The notes under the pieces were generated by a model. That model was not told the DNA's origin. It saw only the letters and a list, made by a program, of their open reading frames with translations, and did not search any database. From Octopus bimaculoides (lineage: Eukaryota): a stretch of 54,030 nucleotides of DNA. The stretch covers positions 38,678,178-38,732,207 of the forward strand of contig NC_068988.1 in the NCBI RefSeq assembly GCF_001194135.2, written 5' to 3'. The position numbers were made by a program, and so were the translations under genes. Below, one piece after another: positions 24,669 to 36,865 of the stretch; positions within the stretch are counted from its first letter, which is position 1; each line of letters opens with the position of its first letter.

Positions 24669-24670
<2 letters not shown>
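24160..24670 (+). mobile_element. PLE-like 3' end carrying hammerhead motif, ending at (TA)n
   Basis: Pyrimidine-rich UTR-like sequence, HHR at 24477-24564, short tail, then (TA)n. Confidence 0.5.
24477..24564 (+). ncRNA. Type-I hammerhead ribozyme motif, long stem II
   Basis: UUUCC-CUGAUGA-[GAAAAUUGCAUUG..CAAUGUUGUCUUU]-GAAA-CAUAUG-UC-GGAAG: 5-bp stem I, palindromic ACAUAUGU stem III, GUC triplet. Confidence 0.65.
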
Positions 24671-24705
<35 letters not shown>

Positions 24706-24707
<2 letters not shown>

Positions 24708-25056
24708 AAGCAGTTGTATACTGTCAACTTATTGTGACAGTATACGGGAATCATACTGCTGCTATTTAGCCCTCGGAAGCTGGACTCCTTCCTGTCGGCC
24801 TTGAGACATTTCCTGTGCCCTTATATTTGCGAGGGGGAGACAAGCACCCCCACCCAGCCGAGTCTGCATTCAGAGACATGTTTCTGAGTCATTGCTCGTC
24901 ATCAGCCTGAAGTAGCAAGGACACAGGAAATGTGTCAGGATACAGGAAATGTGTAAAGGCCGACAGGAAGCGGTCCAGCTTCCTAGGGCTAAATAGCAGC
25001 AGTATGATTCCTTTATTGGGACTGTCACATTAAGTTGACAGTATACAACTGCTTTA
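24706..25056 (-). mobile_element. Inverted-arm non-autonomous element with central hammerhead (PLE-like)
   Basis: About 110-bp inverted arms (24706-24817 / about 24941-25056); left end abuts (TA)n; HHR in the spacer. Confidence 0.75.
24869..24911 (-). ncRNA. Minimal type-I hammerhead ribozyme motif
   Basis: UUCAGG-CUGAUGA-CGAG-CAAUGA-CUCA-GAAA-CAUG-UC-UCUGAA: 6-bp stem I, GAG/CUC stem II, palindromic ACAUGU, GUC triplet. Confidence 0.78.
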
Positions 25057-25169
25057 TCATAACACTGCTACTTAAATCTCTCTGTGAGATTTATAATTAG
25101 ATCATTTCTATATATACATATATATATATAACATACAGTTATATGTGTTAAATATGTATGTATATGTGT

Positions 25170-25295
25170 TATTGTTACACCTGCCTCTTGGAGAGATTTG
25201 ACCAATACTGTCTGTGCACCATATTGAATATCCACTGGCATGCCTACATCACCAGCTTGGCTCATTGAGAAAACTAAAATCACCATTACACCAGT
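25170..25295 (+). pseudogene. RTE LINE ORF fragment (second subfamily)
   Basis: CLLERFDQYCLCTILNIHW, matching the RTE post-RT LERFHQRCLRxILxIxW motif. Confidence 0.7.
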
Positions 25296-25312
25296 ATTGA
25301 AGTTATTCTTAT

Positions 25313-25395
25313 CAGGGCTGTGGAGTCAGAGTTGGAGTTGTGGAGTCGAAGTTGGAAACAATTAAGAGGTAGCTGGAGTTGAAACTGTGGTGCCC
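25313..25395 (+). mobile_element. Possible hAT-type MITE end with GGAGTC subterminal repeats
   Basis: CAGGGCTGTGGAGTCAGAGTTGGAGTTGTGGAGTCG. Confidence 0.45.
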
Positions 25396-26115
25396 CCAAG
25401 AAGCAGTATAAGGATATGCTACAAATGACCCTTAAAGATTTAAACATTGAAACCTGCTGCATAGGTTGCATGCTTTGACAGGAACTGATAAGCCATAGGG
25501 TTGCACTGAGCCCCAGTGTCAGCTTTGGTCTGCTTTCTACAGTTGTATATCCTTCTTACCACCAACCAGCTTACAGTGTGCACCAGGCACAATATTCTTG
25601 TGCCACTGGCAACAGTGAAGTTACCGAGTAAGTTGCAAGACAGAAGAGAACAAGAAAAAAAAAAGCCCCAAACGCTAAGTGTGTGTGTGGTATTAGTAAG
25701 GGGTTGCATAAGAATGTGAGGGGAGAGTAACAGATGGTTAGAGAGTAGGGCAGAGGTAGATGTATTGAATGCTGTGAAAAAGTGGAGGAGCAGTTGGGAG
25801 GAAATATCAGTAAGGTGAGGGAGAGATAGCAGTTGCTTAAGAAGGAGGATAGATCATAAGGTAGAAGGTTGATGTGTAAGATATAGGAGCATAGTGAAGG
25901 TGATGTGAGGGTAACTCAGGGTGTGTATAGTGGGTGGGCATGATAGTAAATGTGAAAGTGTATTGAAAATAATATTAGGCATGCAAGAGGATAAGATGGA
26001 GTACAATAGAAGGAGAGAGCTATCTGAAAACACATGAAGGTAGTGTCTGGTGTTAAAAGTGTGGGAGAACAAGGGAGGTTAAGAATAAGGGATGGGAGGT
26101 TCCAAGGCGAAGAAT

Positions 26116-26165
<50 letters not shown>

Positions 26166-26892
26166 CTGTCTCTTTCCATTTCAACACAGTCACTCCTGAC
26201 CCATCATTTATAATGTGAAGAGCTGTGTAGTTCCCCTACTGCAAGAAACTCGTTCCGTTCTGGCCCCTTCTCTTATATTTTAACCTCCCTTCTCATAGTG
26301 TAAAGCTGCCTCCTTCTCTTCTCACAGAAAGGGGATCTTAGTCTTACAGGCTGTATGGGGACCTCTCTTGTGCTGGTGCCACATAAAAAGCACTTAGTAC
26401 ATGCTATAAAGTGGTTGGCATTAGGAAGTGCATCCAGCAGTAGAAACTATACCAAAGTAGACACTGGGGCAAGGTGCAGTCTTTGGAACTGCTGGATCCT
26501 GTCAAACCATGTAACCTTTGTCAGTATGGGACATGGATGTTAGATGATGATGATGATGATGATAATGATGATAATATATGTATATGCATTAAAAAATATT
26601 TAATTTTAGCTCTGTATATTTAAGCATTTCTTTAATACTGTTATTGTTGCGGTGCTGGTTTGTGTAATAGTTGTGGTTAACCTATTTAAGATGACTAAGT
26701 TCAATGATCTATCAGCCAACCATTTTGTTATAGACAGATTGAAAGACCGATCTATTTTAAGAACACGCGCGCACAAACACACACACACGCACACACACAC
26801 ACATGCACATGCATGAAGGTGCACACACAAATGCACATGTATGAAAGTACACACACACATACATGCACGCACACCACACACCACACACACAA

Positions 26893-26930
<38 letters not shown>

Positions 26931-27287
26931 ACAGAAACACACACACACTTTGCTGGGTTTTAGCAAGTCTCAGACATTTTCTTGTATAGAATTTTATATG
27001 ATTACTCATTATTCTTTATGCATCACAAAAAAATATTTCCTTCTTGTTCAGTGAAGAAGAAGCACAGTTGGTTTCTTCTCTTACTAATGGTTTAATATTG
27101 GTTGTAAATCTGTTGCTTTTGTTGCCTAGCCCCAGGTTAGTAATTATTGGGCAGACCTACAATGAAAGACATTCTACCCATGATCTTCCCACCTATTTTC
27201 TGATATAATATATCTATATATATGTCATACTACATTATTTACATTATTTATATTTGATGGATATTTGTCCTCATCTTGTTTGTTGTT

Positions 27288-27333
27288 AACACAATGTTTC
27301 AGCTGATATACCCTCCAGCCTTCATCAGGTGTC
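27288..27333 (-). ncRNA. Minimal type-I hammerhead motif (inverted copy, one core-adjacent transition)
   Basis: GACAC-CUGAUGA-A-GGCUG..CAGCU-GAAAC-AUU-GUGUU. Confidence 0.5.
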
Positions 27334-27483
27334 TTGGGCATATGGTGTAGTGGTTAAGAGCACGGGCTACTAAGCCCAAGATTCTCTCTTCAATTCTGGG
27401 CAGTGACCTTAATAATAATAATAATAATAACAACATTAAAAAAAAGCCTTAGGAATGAGAATCCAGGTTCAAAATTTCCCCAA

Positions 27484-27529
27484 GACACCTGATGAAGACT
27501 GGAGGGTATATCAGCCGAAATGCTGTGTT
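27484..27529 (+). ncRNA. Minimal type-I hammerhead motif (decayed stem III)
   Basis: GACAC-CUGAUGA-A-GACUG..CAGCC-GAAAU-GCU-GUGUU. Confidence 0.45.
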
Positions 27530-28316
27530 AACAAACGATGAGGATAAATATCCGTCAAATATAAATAATGTAAATAAGATGCATAATTCCTCACCTCTGA
27601 AATGTAGAGTATGTCATAATATTCTGACATAATATATCTATGTCACAATATATCTGACATAATATATCTAGGACTACATCATATGTAGGTTTCTTTTTTT
27701 AAGACAAAGGACCAAGATACCTGGCTCCTGGCTGTACTCAAGAAGACCTGTACTCTGCAGAAGCATTAAGATTCTGCTTGCAGGTGGTGTAAAGTACTCA
27801 TGATGGTGTTACAAAAATGCACCTGTGCAGTGCCATGTAAAAGTGCCCATGTGGTGCCACGTAAAAGCACCCAGCACATTCTGTAAAGCGGTTCGTGTTA
27901 GGAAAGGCATCCAGCTATAGAAACCATGCCAAATGAGACTGGAGTCTGGGGCAACTCCCCAGCTTGCCAGCTCTGGTCAGACTGTCCAACCCATGCCAGC
28001 ATGGACAAATGAACATTAAATGATGATGATGATGATGACAGTTGGGTGTGATTTTTAGGGAGATTTTGACTTGGTTCTTAACTAAATCTGGTTGAATGGT
28101 CATGCATTGTATAAATTGTGGTATTAATGGTAGAAGGATAGTCCTTGGACAGCCCCAGTCAGGAGTGTTTAAAGTAGGGAGACAGGTTTGAAAGAATCTG
28201 AAGAATTTAATGAATATTTTTGAATACTGAACATGCCATTTTCATTGTGGAATACATTGTTATAAGATCTGAAACTTAAAACTTCAGATCCCCTCATTTT
28301 AAAGATAATGGAAAAA

Positions 28317-28444
28317 GATGCAAGCATAGCTGTGTGGTTAAGAAGCTTGCTTCCCATCCATGTGGTCTTGGGTTCATTCTCTTTTCATGGTACTTTGGTA
28401 AGTGTCATCTTCTTCTATAGCTCTAGGCTGGTGTCTGTGTGTGT

Positions 28445-28520
<76 letters not shown>

Positions 28521-28790
28521 ATGTGTGTGTGAATGAGTTTGTGTACCATTGTCCAGACATTGTGTGATGGTTGTAAGTGAGCATCATTATTGTACAAGTA
28601 AGATTGTTTGTTTCCAGTTTTCCATGAAAAGATATGTCTAGCTATGTGAAAATATTCCCTTGCTTGGAAACAGGTGAGGATAGGTGATAGGAAGGGTATC
28701 CAGCCATGGAAAATCTTTCTTCCGTCTGACCCATGCAAGCATGGAAAAGTGAATGTAAAATGATGATGATGATGATGATGTAACATTGAT
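28317..28790 (+). mobile_element. SINE S1 head + (GT)n + tail B ending (GAT)n
   Basis: Same head as S1, different 3' half ending GCATGGAAAAGTG..ATGATGATG; other copies at 33535-34040(-) and 45640-46145(+). Confidence 0.8.
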
Positions 28791-28799
28791 TCTATACTG

Positions 28800-29135
28800 A
28801 TTCAGTTTTGACATCTACCTGGAGTGTTTTTATGTGCTACCTGCACGTGAGCCAGTCCGGCAGCACTGGCAACAATCACGCTCAAATGTTTTCACGTGCC
28901 ACCAGCACGTGCCAGTAAGGCGACGCTAGCAACGATCACGCTCAAATGGTGCTTTCCATGTGTCACCGGCATGGGAGCCAATCCGTGGCCCTGGCAACGA
29001 TCACTCTTGGATGTGCTTTTAACATTCCACTGGCATGAGTGCCAATCAGGCGGTACTGTCATCAGTCACGTGAGTGATTTTGATTTGTTTACACTTACCT
29101 CAATAGGTCTTCGTAAGCAAGGTTCATTGTCCATG
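28800..29135 (-). mobile_element. RTE-tail repeat, internal tandem-unit region
   Basis: GGCAACGATCACGCTCAAATG units, homologous to 41230-41525. Confidence 0.7.
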
Positions 29136-30112
29136 CATATATGTGTATGTATGTATGTATGTATGTGTGTATATNNNNNNNNNNNNNNNNNNNNNNNNNN
29201 NNNNNNNNNNNNNNNNNNNNNNNNNNNNNNNNNNNNNNNNNNNNNNNNNNNNNNNNNNNNNNNNNNNNNNNNNNNNNNNNNNNNNNNNNNNNNNNNNNNN
29301 NNNNNNNNNNNNNNNNNNNNNNNNNNNNNNNNNNNNNNNNNNNNNNNNNNNNNNNNNNNNNNNNNNNNNNNNNNNNNNNNNNNNNNNNNNNNNNNNNNNN
29401 NNNNNNNNNNNNNNNNNNNNNNNNNNNNNNNNNNNNNNNNNNNNNNNNNNNNNNNNNNNNNNNNNNNNNNNNNNNNNNNNNNNNNNNNNNNNNNNNNNNN
29501 NNNNNNNNNNNNNNNNNNNNNNNNNNNNNNNNNNNNNNNNNNNNNNNNNNNNNNNNNNNNNNNNNNNNNNNNNNNNNNNNNNNNNNNNNNNNNNNNNNNN
29601 NNNNNNNNNNNNNNNNNNNNNNNNNNNNNNNNNNNNNNNNNNNNNNNNNNNNNNNNNNNNNNNNNNNNNNNNNNNNNNNNNNNNNNNNNNNNNNNNNNNN
29701 NNNNNNNNNNNNNNNNNNNNNNNNNNNNNNNNNNNNNNNNNNNNNNNNNNNNNNNNNNNNNNNNNNNNNNNNNNNNNNNNNNNNNNNNNNNNNNNNNNNN
29801 NNNNNNNNNNNNNNNNNNNNNNNNNNNNNNNNNNNNNNNNNNNNNNNNNNNNNNNNNNNNNNNNNNNNNNNNNNNNNNNNNNNNNNNNNNNNNNNNNNNN
29901 NNNNNNNNNNNNNNNNNNNNNNNNNNNNNNNNNNNNNNNNNNNNNNNNNNNNNNNNNNNNNNNNNNNNNNNNNNNNNNNNNNNNNNNNNNNNNNNNNNNN
30001 NNNNNNNNNNNNNNTTTACAAGAATTTTATCAAGAAGCCAGTGTGTAAAAAAATTCATAAGGGAAATTTCTATTCCCAAGAATATAATTATTCGTTTATA
30101 TTTATATATTTA

Positions 30113-30202
<90 letters not shown>

Positions 30203-31009
30203 CATACATACATACATACATATACATATATATATATGTATATATATGTATGTATGTTATGTATGTATATCATATATATATATATATATACAAGCACACA
30301 CAGATACGTACACACACACATGTATACACACACACACACACACACACACACAACCACACACTTTATTTCACATTGCTCCAGTCCACTCAGCTGGCTAAAA
30401 TGAGAAGTACCTTTAATTCAAAGGGCCAACCTTGTCACATTTTGTGTTGTACTGAATCCCCTTGAACATTAAGAGTACACATGTCTGTGGAGTGCTCATC
30501 CACTTACACGGTAATTACCCGAGCAGGCTGTTCCGTTGATCAGATCAGCCGGAACTCTTGTTGTCATAACCGACTGAGTGCCAGTAGTAGGGGTAGGGGT
30601 GGTCAATGTAATTGAATAAAACCCTTGAAGGTTTAGCTCCAGCATGGCCATTGTCCAGTGACTGATGCTAGTAGAATAATGAGAATATAGAAGATGAAGA
30701 ATAGAATGTGACACCTGGGTACACAAATAGGTGGGGCCAACCAGTTTGACTAGTTTGATAAACAGGTTTGTACACATCAATGCTGCCATGTTTGGTTGCT
30801 ACCTAATTATTTTTTGTCAATTGTTAGGAGGATCAAAGTCAAAATCAACATTCATCATTATTCGAACCACTAACGGGTGTAGTAGGGATAGGAGTGGCGG
30901 CGGTGGTGGTGGTCATCGTCGTCGTTGTCATCATGGCTCTAGGTTGAAACAGCAGAACAATGTAGTGATTAAAAATCATCCCCGTTTTTCATCATTTATC
31001 ATAACGATG

Positions 31010-31040
31010 AAGATCAACATCATTATCATTTATTGTTCAC

Positions 31041-31075
<35 letters not shown>

Positions 31076-31260
31076 ACAGCAACAGAAGTAGTAGCCTCTT
31101 CATCATCATCGTCATTCATCATACTCCATCATCATCATCATCATCATCAGTCATCATTGTCCATCATCATCATTCATTCAATGTCATTGTTCATCTTCAT
31201 TTGTTGTTGTCATCATCATCATCATTATCATCATCATCACTGTTTTCCATCATTGTTCTT
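31010..31260. repeat. Degenerate (ATC)n triplet repeat
   Basis: Direct inspection. Confidence 0.9.
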
Positions 31261-33129
31261 TGTTTTTTTCCGCCCCCTTTCTTTTCGTTCATCTTCAGTT
31301 TATTAGTAAATTTCTCACAGTATTTGCTTAATTGTTAGTTGTTGTTGTACAACCACCAGTCATCACATGTCATGTTTAAGCTGCTTCTAGGATTGGCGAC
31401 ATGAGGACTTTACTGTCTCTATGTGTTTGTAGATTGTGGGGGTCTCTAGATGACCCTCAGTTGTTGCATAGCCCAGGTCAGTCCTGATCCAAGAAAACTA
31501 TGTTCAAGTTAATTCCATGATCATCCTGTTATATTGTTCATGTGTTGTATTCTTTCTCTTTAAATTCAGTGCTTTTTTCTGTATAAATCTCCCAGTAATC
31601 TTGTTAGAAGCTAGAGATTTTGATGAAATGCAATTAGCTCAGTATTAAATAAAATTGATAAAAATATAACAATTTCAAGAGTTTGGATAACATTTGCTAA
31701 TACAATATTATGAACATTGGTGTACATTGTGAATCAGGTTTTTATCTGTTGATTTTTACCTGTTGTCATGTCACTTTCACCAGTAAAGACAGGTTGAATA
31801 GTGTTAAGTATTAAGTTAATTACAAATTGGTGATTTCTCATATATTTTACAAGATATCAATTTCTGGGCATTGATTTCTTGACACGGACCTAAATTTGTT
31901 CTGCAATTAGTCTCTGAAACTTAGAGGGTGCACTACCCCCATTAGGAAAACAATTTTGCAATATGCCTTCATCCCCATTCAAAGGTTTTGTAAAGCTCAA
32001 CAAATTAGTGTTATTTACTCTTCTTACAATAATTATGCTCTCCTCATAAATCCATTAGTATGCAGAGATCCTACATATAAAATACATCAGTGAATTAATG
32101 TTTTTTATTTAATTGTTACCATTCGTTAATGAAAGCTTCAATGCAGTATCAGCTTCATGATAGCTCCATTCCTGCTCAGAATCAATATTACTTAACTGGG
32201 TTTTTATAGATGACACTAAAATATCACTCTAATTCCAAACTGTATTTGCTGTTATATCATCATTAATAAATGATATCACCTAATTCTAACTCACCACTTT
32301 ATGTATTAAATACCATAATGCCCAGAAATCAAAGAGAGACAAAAAGCACAGAGAAATTCACTCAATAAAACACAAATAAGTGTACACTGTGCAAGCAGGA
32401 AATTTTCTGAGAAGAGTTCCTACTGAAAAATGGCTAAATATTGTTCATCACACATAAGGATTCTTAGGTCTAGTTTTTGGCTTGTAACAACACTACTATC
32501 GGAACTGCAGTTTTGTGCGGTTTAGGATTTGGCAACAGTCGCAGATAATTGCATAAAAACAGTAGGATATGATTTGAGGAAGTTTAGGTTGCTATTATTT
32601 TTGCAGAACAAGTTATCACATGGAAGCTCTCTTGTTGGCACAATATCTTTTGAGCTGATTCTTTTGCCTGCTTAAAATGACCATATCAAGAGAATTGATT
32701 ATCCAGATTAATAAGGTTTCCATACCCAACACCTTCAATATTTCTAGTTCCAAGTTTTTTTACTTGTATATCTTTTGAGTATTGTGTGTGTGTGTGTGTG
32801 GGGGGGGGATACTGCATTGGTTGTATAGAGAATCTTTGATAAATTATTGGTTTTGGGTTAAAGGACAAATGTTGTTATCATCGTAAGGGCAGTGGATTGG
32901 CAGAATTGTTAGAGCACCTGACAAATACTTTGCAGTATTTGTTTCAGCTCTTCATATTGGGAGTTCAAATCCTACTGAGGTCACCTTTGCCTTTCATCCA
33001 TTCAAGGCTGATAAAATAAAGTACCAGTTGACTACTGATGTTAAAATAGTCAATTGTTTCATGCAAGTTTTTACTGTGCAACTAACTACACTTCTATGAT
33101 ACTGAGGTATGTGCAGTATTACCTTGTAG

Positions 33130-33530
33130 GAATGTGAAATTCTGTTGGTATACTACATCAGTTTTACATTTTTTCTGCGATTTTTAAAAATGTTTTTGTT
33201 GTTCGTTGTGTATGAAATATGCCATGTCAGTTTTGATATTTTATTGTGTTTGTGTCACATCTGTCTTATGCGTTTTAGTTTCAGGTAGTTATTACATAGA
33301 GTATGTACTGTGCAAATTGTGTTTTATTTACTGGCTTAAAACTGTTGAATGTGAGCTTTGTGAATCGTTGGTGTTATAGCAACAGATATTGATTATGTAA
33401 GAGTATTTGTTGTCTTATTTTATTAAGTGTTGATTGTATAGACTATGTGGGCTGTGGTTTGTGTTGTGCTGTGTGACATTTGTTTATCATTTGAGTTATG
33501 TAAGTTGCTGGTTGTTGCTTAGATCTGTTG
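33130..33530 (-). pseudogene. Possible decayed retroelement (PLE-like N-terminal) ORF, A/C-rich
   Basis: Strong A/C skew as in 1440-1900; fragments such as YLKLKRIRQM*HKHNKISKLTWHI; similar composition at 34040-34600. No diagnostic motif. Confidence 0.3.
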
Positions 33531-33534
33531 TCAT

Positions 33535-33843
33535 CATCATCATCGTGATCATCATTGTCATCATCATTGGAACTTTCACTTTTCCATTCTTGCATGGGTC
33601 AGAGAGAATTCATTGAGGCAGTGTTTTCTATGTCTGGATGCACTTCCTGTTGCCAACCCTTACCTGTCTCCAAGCAAAGCAATATTTCCTTGTGGCTGGA
33701 CATGTTTTTTTTTGGGGGGGGGAAGGAAGATTGGAAGTGAAAACACTGTATGATTTTACTACTATCTCGTAATGTCAAGAAAAGGAGGCACAAACACACC
33801 CTCCACACATACATACATATTTACACACATGCATGCATGTACA

Positions 33844-33887
<44 letters not shown>

Positions 33888-34040
33888 ATGACTTCCTTCA
33901 GTTTCTGCCAACAAAATCCACTCACAAGATTTTGGTCAGCCTGGATATATAGTAGAAGACACTTCCGCAACATGCCATGCGGAGGGATTGAACCAGAAAC
34001 CAAGTAGTTGGTAAGCAAACTTCTTAACCACACAGCAATG
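33535..34040 (-). mobile_element. SINE S1 head + (CA)n + tail B
   Basis: Reverse-strand homolog of 28317-28790. Confidence 0.8.
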
Positions 34041-34951
34041 CTTGTGTTGTGTTATTTTATTGGGTAGTGGCTGCCATAACAGATTATATCTTTGTGTGGG
34101 TTATGTTATACTTTTGAGTGATGATTGTACTTTTTATGGGATGTGTGAATGATGCTTATGTTGCTTTAGTGACAAGTGATGAATATGTAAGGTATTTACT
34201 GTGTTTTGTTGTATTATTTATTAAGTGGCAATTTTACAGAAGATGAGTCGTTGGTTTTTATAGTGCCAGGGAATTGAATATGCAACGGTGTCTGTTATTT
34301 TATTGGGTATATGCTATTTTATTGAGAGGTAGTTGTGTGGCGTAGGTGTTGTGTAGGCTGTGTTATGCTGCTTGGTAATGATTCTGTTGTGCTTGTGTTG
34401 TGTGATATCTGATACTGTGAGGCATTATGATGTCGGGTGTTGATTATCTCTGTGCATGTGTTGTGCATTTTATCAAATGCTTGTTATGTAACGTATCTGT
34501 TTGTTTTGTTTGCTGTGTAGAGAGTGTACTGTGTTAATTAATAGTGGTTTAATAGTGGTATTGAATTGAAAGTGTCCTACATAAAGTGACGGCTGTGTCT
34601 AGTAGAATTATTATTTTTCTTTTGAACTGTGTCTAGAAGAGTGAGTCCTGATGTAGTTTTTGTATAGTTTTGTTCATTTTTTCCCCCCACCTAGTGCTCT
34701 TTTATTTTTTACTTGTTTCAACAGTCATCGAACTGCAGCCATGCTGGGGCACCACTTTGAAAGATTTACTCAAATAAATCAACCCCAATATTTTTCAGAC
34801 TAATACTTATTCTGTTGGTCTCTTTTGCTGCACCACTAAGTTACAGAGATGTAAGCAAAGTATCACTCGTTGTCAAGTGATGGTGAGAGACAAACACTAA
34901 CATAGACGCACATACATATATACATGTGTGTATGTGTGTATATTATCTATA

Positions 34952-34996
<45 letters not shown>

Positions 34997-35013
34997 ATAC
35001 ATACACATATATA

Positions 35014-35158
35014 TGTATGTATGTATGTATGTATGTGTGTGTATGTATGTATGTATGTATGTATGTATGTATGTATGTATGTATGTATGTATGTATGTAT
35101 GTACGTACGTACGTACGTACGTACGTACGTACGTACGTATGTACGTATGTATGTATAT
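35014..35158. repeat. (TATG)n with embedded (TACG)n block
   Basis: About 10 TACG units at 35101-35140. Confidence 0.95.
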
Positions 35159-35439
35159 GACAAAGTTATTTTATTCCACACAGGTAGAAATATAGAAAAA
35201 AGCAAAGTTGAAAATTCACTGGGATTCTTTTAGATTTTTTATTTTTTAATTTTGATAGATTTCTCGGATTTTTGAAAGATTTCACAGATTTCTCAGATTT
35301 TCAAAAGTTGAGATAGAGAGATGTTGGGCTATGCTGCAACTGTGTTGCTTCTCAGAAGCAAGAAACTAGTTAAGTCTTTAAGAATTTTTAGATAAATGAT
35401 CTAAACAAATCACAGTGTATTTTCAATTTCTTTTATATA

Positions 35440-35782
35440 CCCGCTGACTGGTTCTCGTGCTGGTGGCACGTAAAAATCACTATCCAAACGTGATTGATGC
35501 CAGGACCACCTGACTGGCCCCTGTGCCAGTAGCATGTAAAATGCTCCATCCGAATGTGGCTGATGCCAGTATTCCCTGATTGGCTTCTGTGCCAGTAGCA
35601 TGTAAAAAACACCCACTACACTCTTGAAGTGTCTGGCATTAGGAAGGGCATCCAGCTGTAGAAACATTGCCAGATCAGATTGGAGTCTGGTGCAGCCATT
35701 GGCTCTCCAGACCTCAATCAAACTGTCCAACCCATGCCAGCATGGAAAATGGACGTTAAACGATGATGATGATGATGATGAT
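35440..35782 (+). mobile_element. RTE-tail repeat with three internal units of about 60 bp and (GAT)n
   Basis: CTGACTGG..GTGC..GCA(C/T)GTAAAA repeated three times, then the common tail. Confidence 0.8.
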
Positions 35783-35894
35783 ATATGTATATGTGCTGGT
35801 GGTGCTTCAGTATCGCCACAACCTTAGGACTGAAACATATAAAAAAATAAAAGAATATACATATATTATGTATGTATGTAGTTATGCGATGCGC

Positions 35895-36050
35895 TTCCAC
35901 ACAGTTTCCATCTACCAAATTTACTGACAAGGCATTAGTCAGCCTGAAGCTATAGTAGAAGACACTTGCCCCAGGTGGCACACAGAAAGACTGAACCTGA
36001 AACCACGTGGTTGCAAAGCGATCTTCTTAACCACACAGCCACGCCTGCAA
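35895..36050 (-). mobile_element. SINE S1 head
   Basis: Reverse of GCAGGCGTGGCTGTGTGGTTAAGAAG. Confidence 0.8.
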
Positions 36051-36054
36051 TATT

Positions 36055-36430
36055 GTTTCCACCTTCGTAGCCACTTTGATTCCCTTGTACTTTGACAGCT
36101 TCTCTGCTCCTCATTGATAATATTTTGATCAAAAGAGATTGAAATGTCTGTCAGAAAGATTTTTCGTTCCAGTGTTTGATTATTGCATCATGATGGCTTG
36201 TTTGGATCTCCTTGTCATTTTGGACAGGCGTATGCCAGATGATTACAGCAAAGTTGCTTTTTGGTACATATTTATACCATTGCCCATCTGTTTCCACATC
36301 AAAGTTTCAGCATATTGCTCAATAGACATTGCTACCAACTCCAGTTGTACCTGTAGATATCATTTCAGGTTGACCTTAGCAAGTTTGAATGCGTTTTCAG
36401 TTGTCTCATTGTATTGGATACATAGTCTGT
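36055..36430 (-). pseudogene. R4/Dong-like LINE C-terminus (CCHC remnant + restriction-like endonuclease)
   Basis: Across frameshifts: DRLC..NETT..KLAK, VGSNVY*AIC*NFDVETDGQWYKY, IIWHTPVQNDKEIQTSHHDAIIK, LTDISISFDQNI, EKLSKYK. This matches the ILWDxPIxTDxEIxxxRPDIV..IDVSIP..EKLSKYK pattern. Confidence 0.72.
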
Positions 36431-36824
36431 CCTCAACATTAACCTCTTTTTCAGTCATGCTTTTTAAAGTGGTAGGTGGTTGTTCGAGAGGAATTTAGCT
36501 ACTATTTTCAACAGGTTGAGAGACTCCTGTAGAGGCTCTGTCATTAGACTGAGGTGGTTTATTCAAGTGGTAGGGTCCAGTGGGTAGGTTGTTGGACTAC
36601 TTAGCTGTAGGATGTGAGTTCCACTCAGCTGCTGGATCTTTGTTGTGTGTCATATTTTACATTAATTTAGTTTGGCTGCCACGAACAGATTCTAGGTAAT
36701 CTGGTAATGTTACAGACAAAATCTTGGTGTTAGATGTAAGGTGCATTGGAAAGGGTTATCTCATCCATTTATAATCAAACCAGAGATATGTAATAGATTT
36801 TAAAAGTCCCCTTGGATTTTATGA

Positions 36825-36862
<38 letters not shown>

Positions 36863-36865
<3 letters not shown>

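Larger units (their letters stand above)
27231..27608 (+). mobile_element. tRNA-headed SINE with hammerhead tail, preceded by inverted copy of its own 3' end
   Basis: Head GGGCATATGGTGTAGTGGTTAAGAG at 27336, (AAT)n, tail 27440-27608; 27231-27338 is the reverse complement of about 27478-27577. Confidence 0.8.

Noticed and set aside
24566-24671. Exact 48-bp direct repeat around 10 Ns
   Set aside because: Assembly artefact, not a TSD or biological tandem.
25690-26110. Purine-rich tract faintly like an L2/Crack 3' end on minus
   Set aside because: No motif recoverable with confidence.
27336-27410. tRNA genes (also the S1, S2 and S3 heads)
   Set aside because: A/B boxes are present but there is no complete acceptor stem; all are SINE heads.
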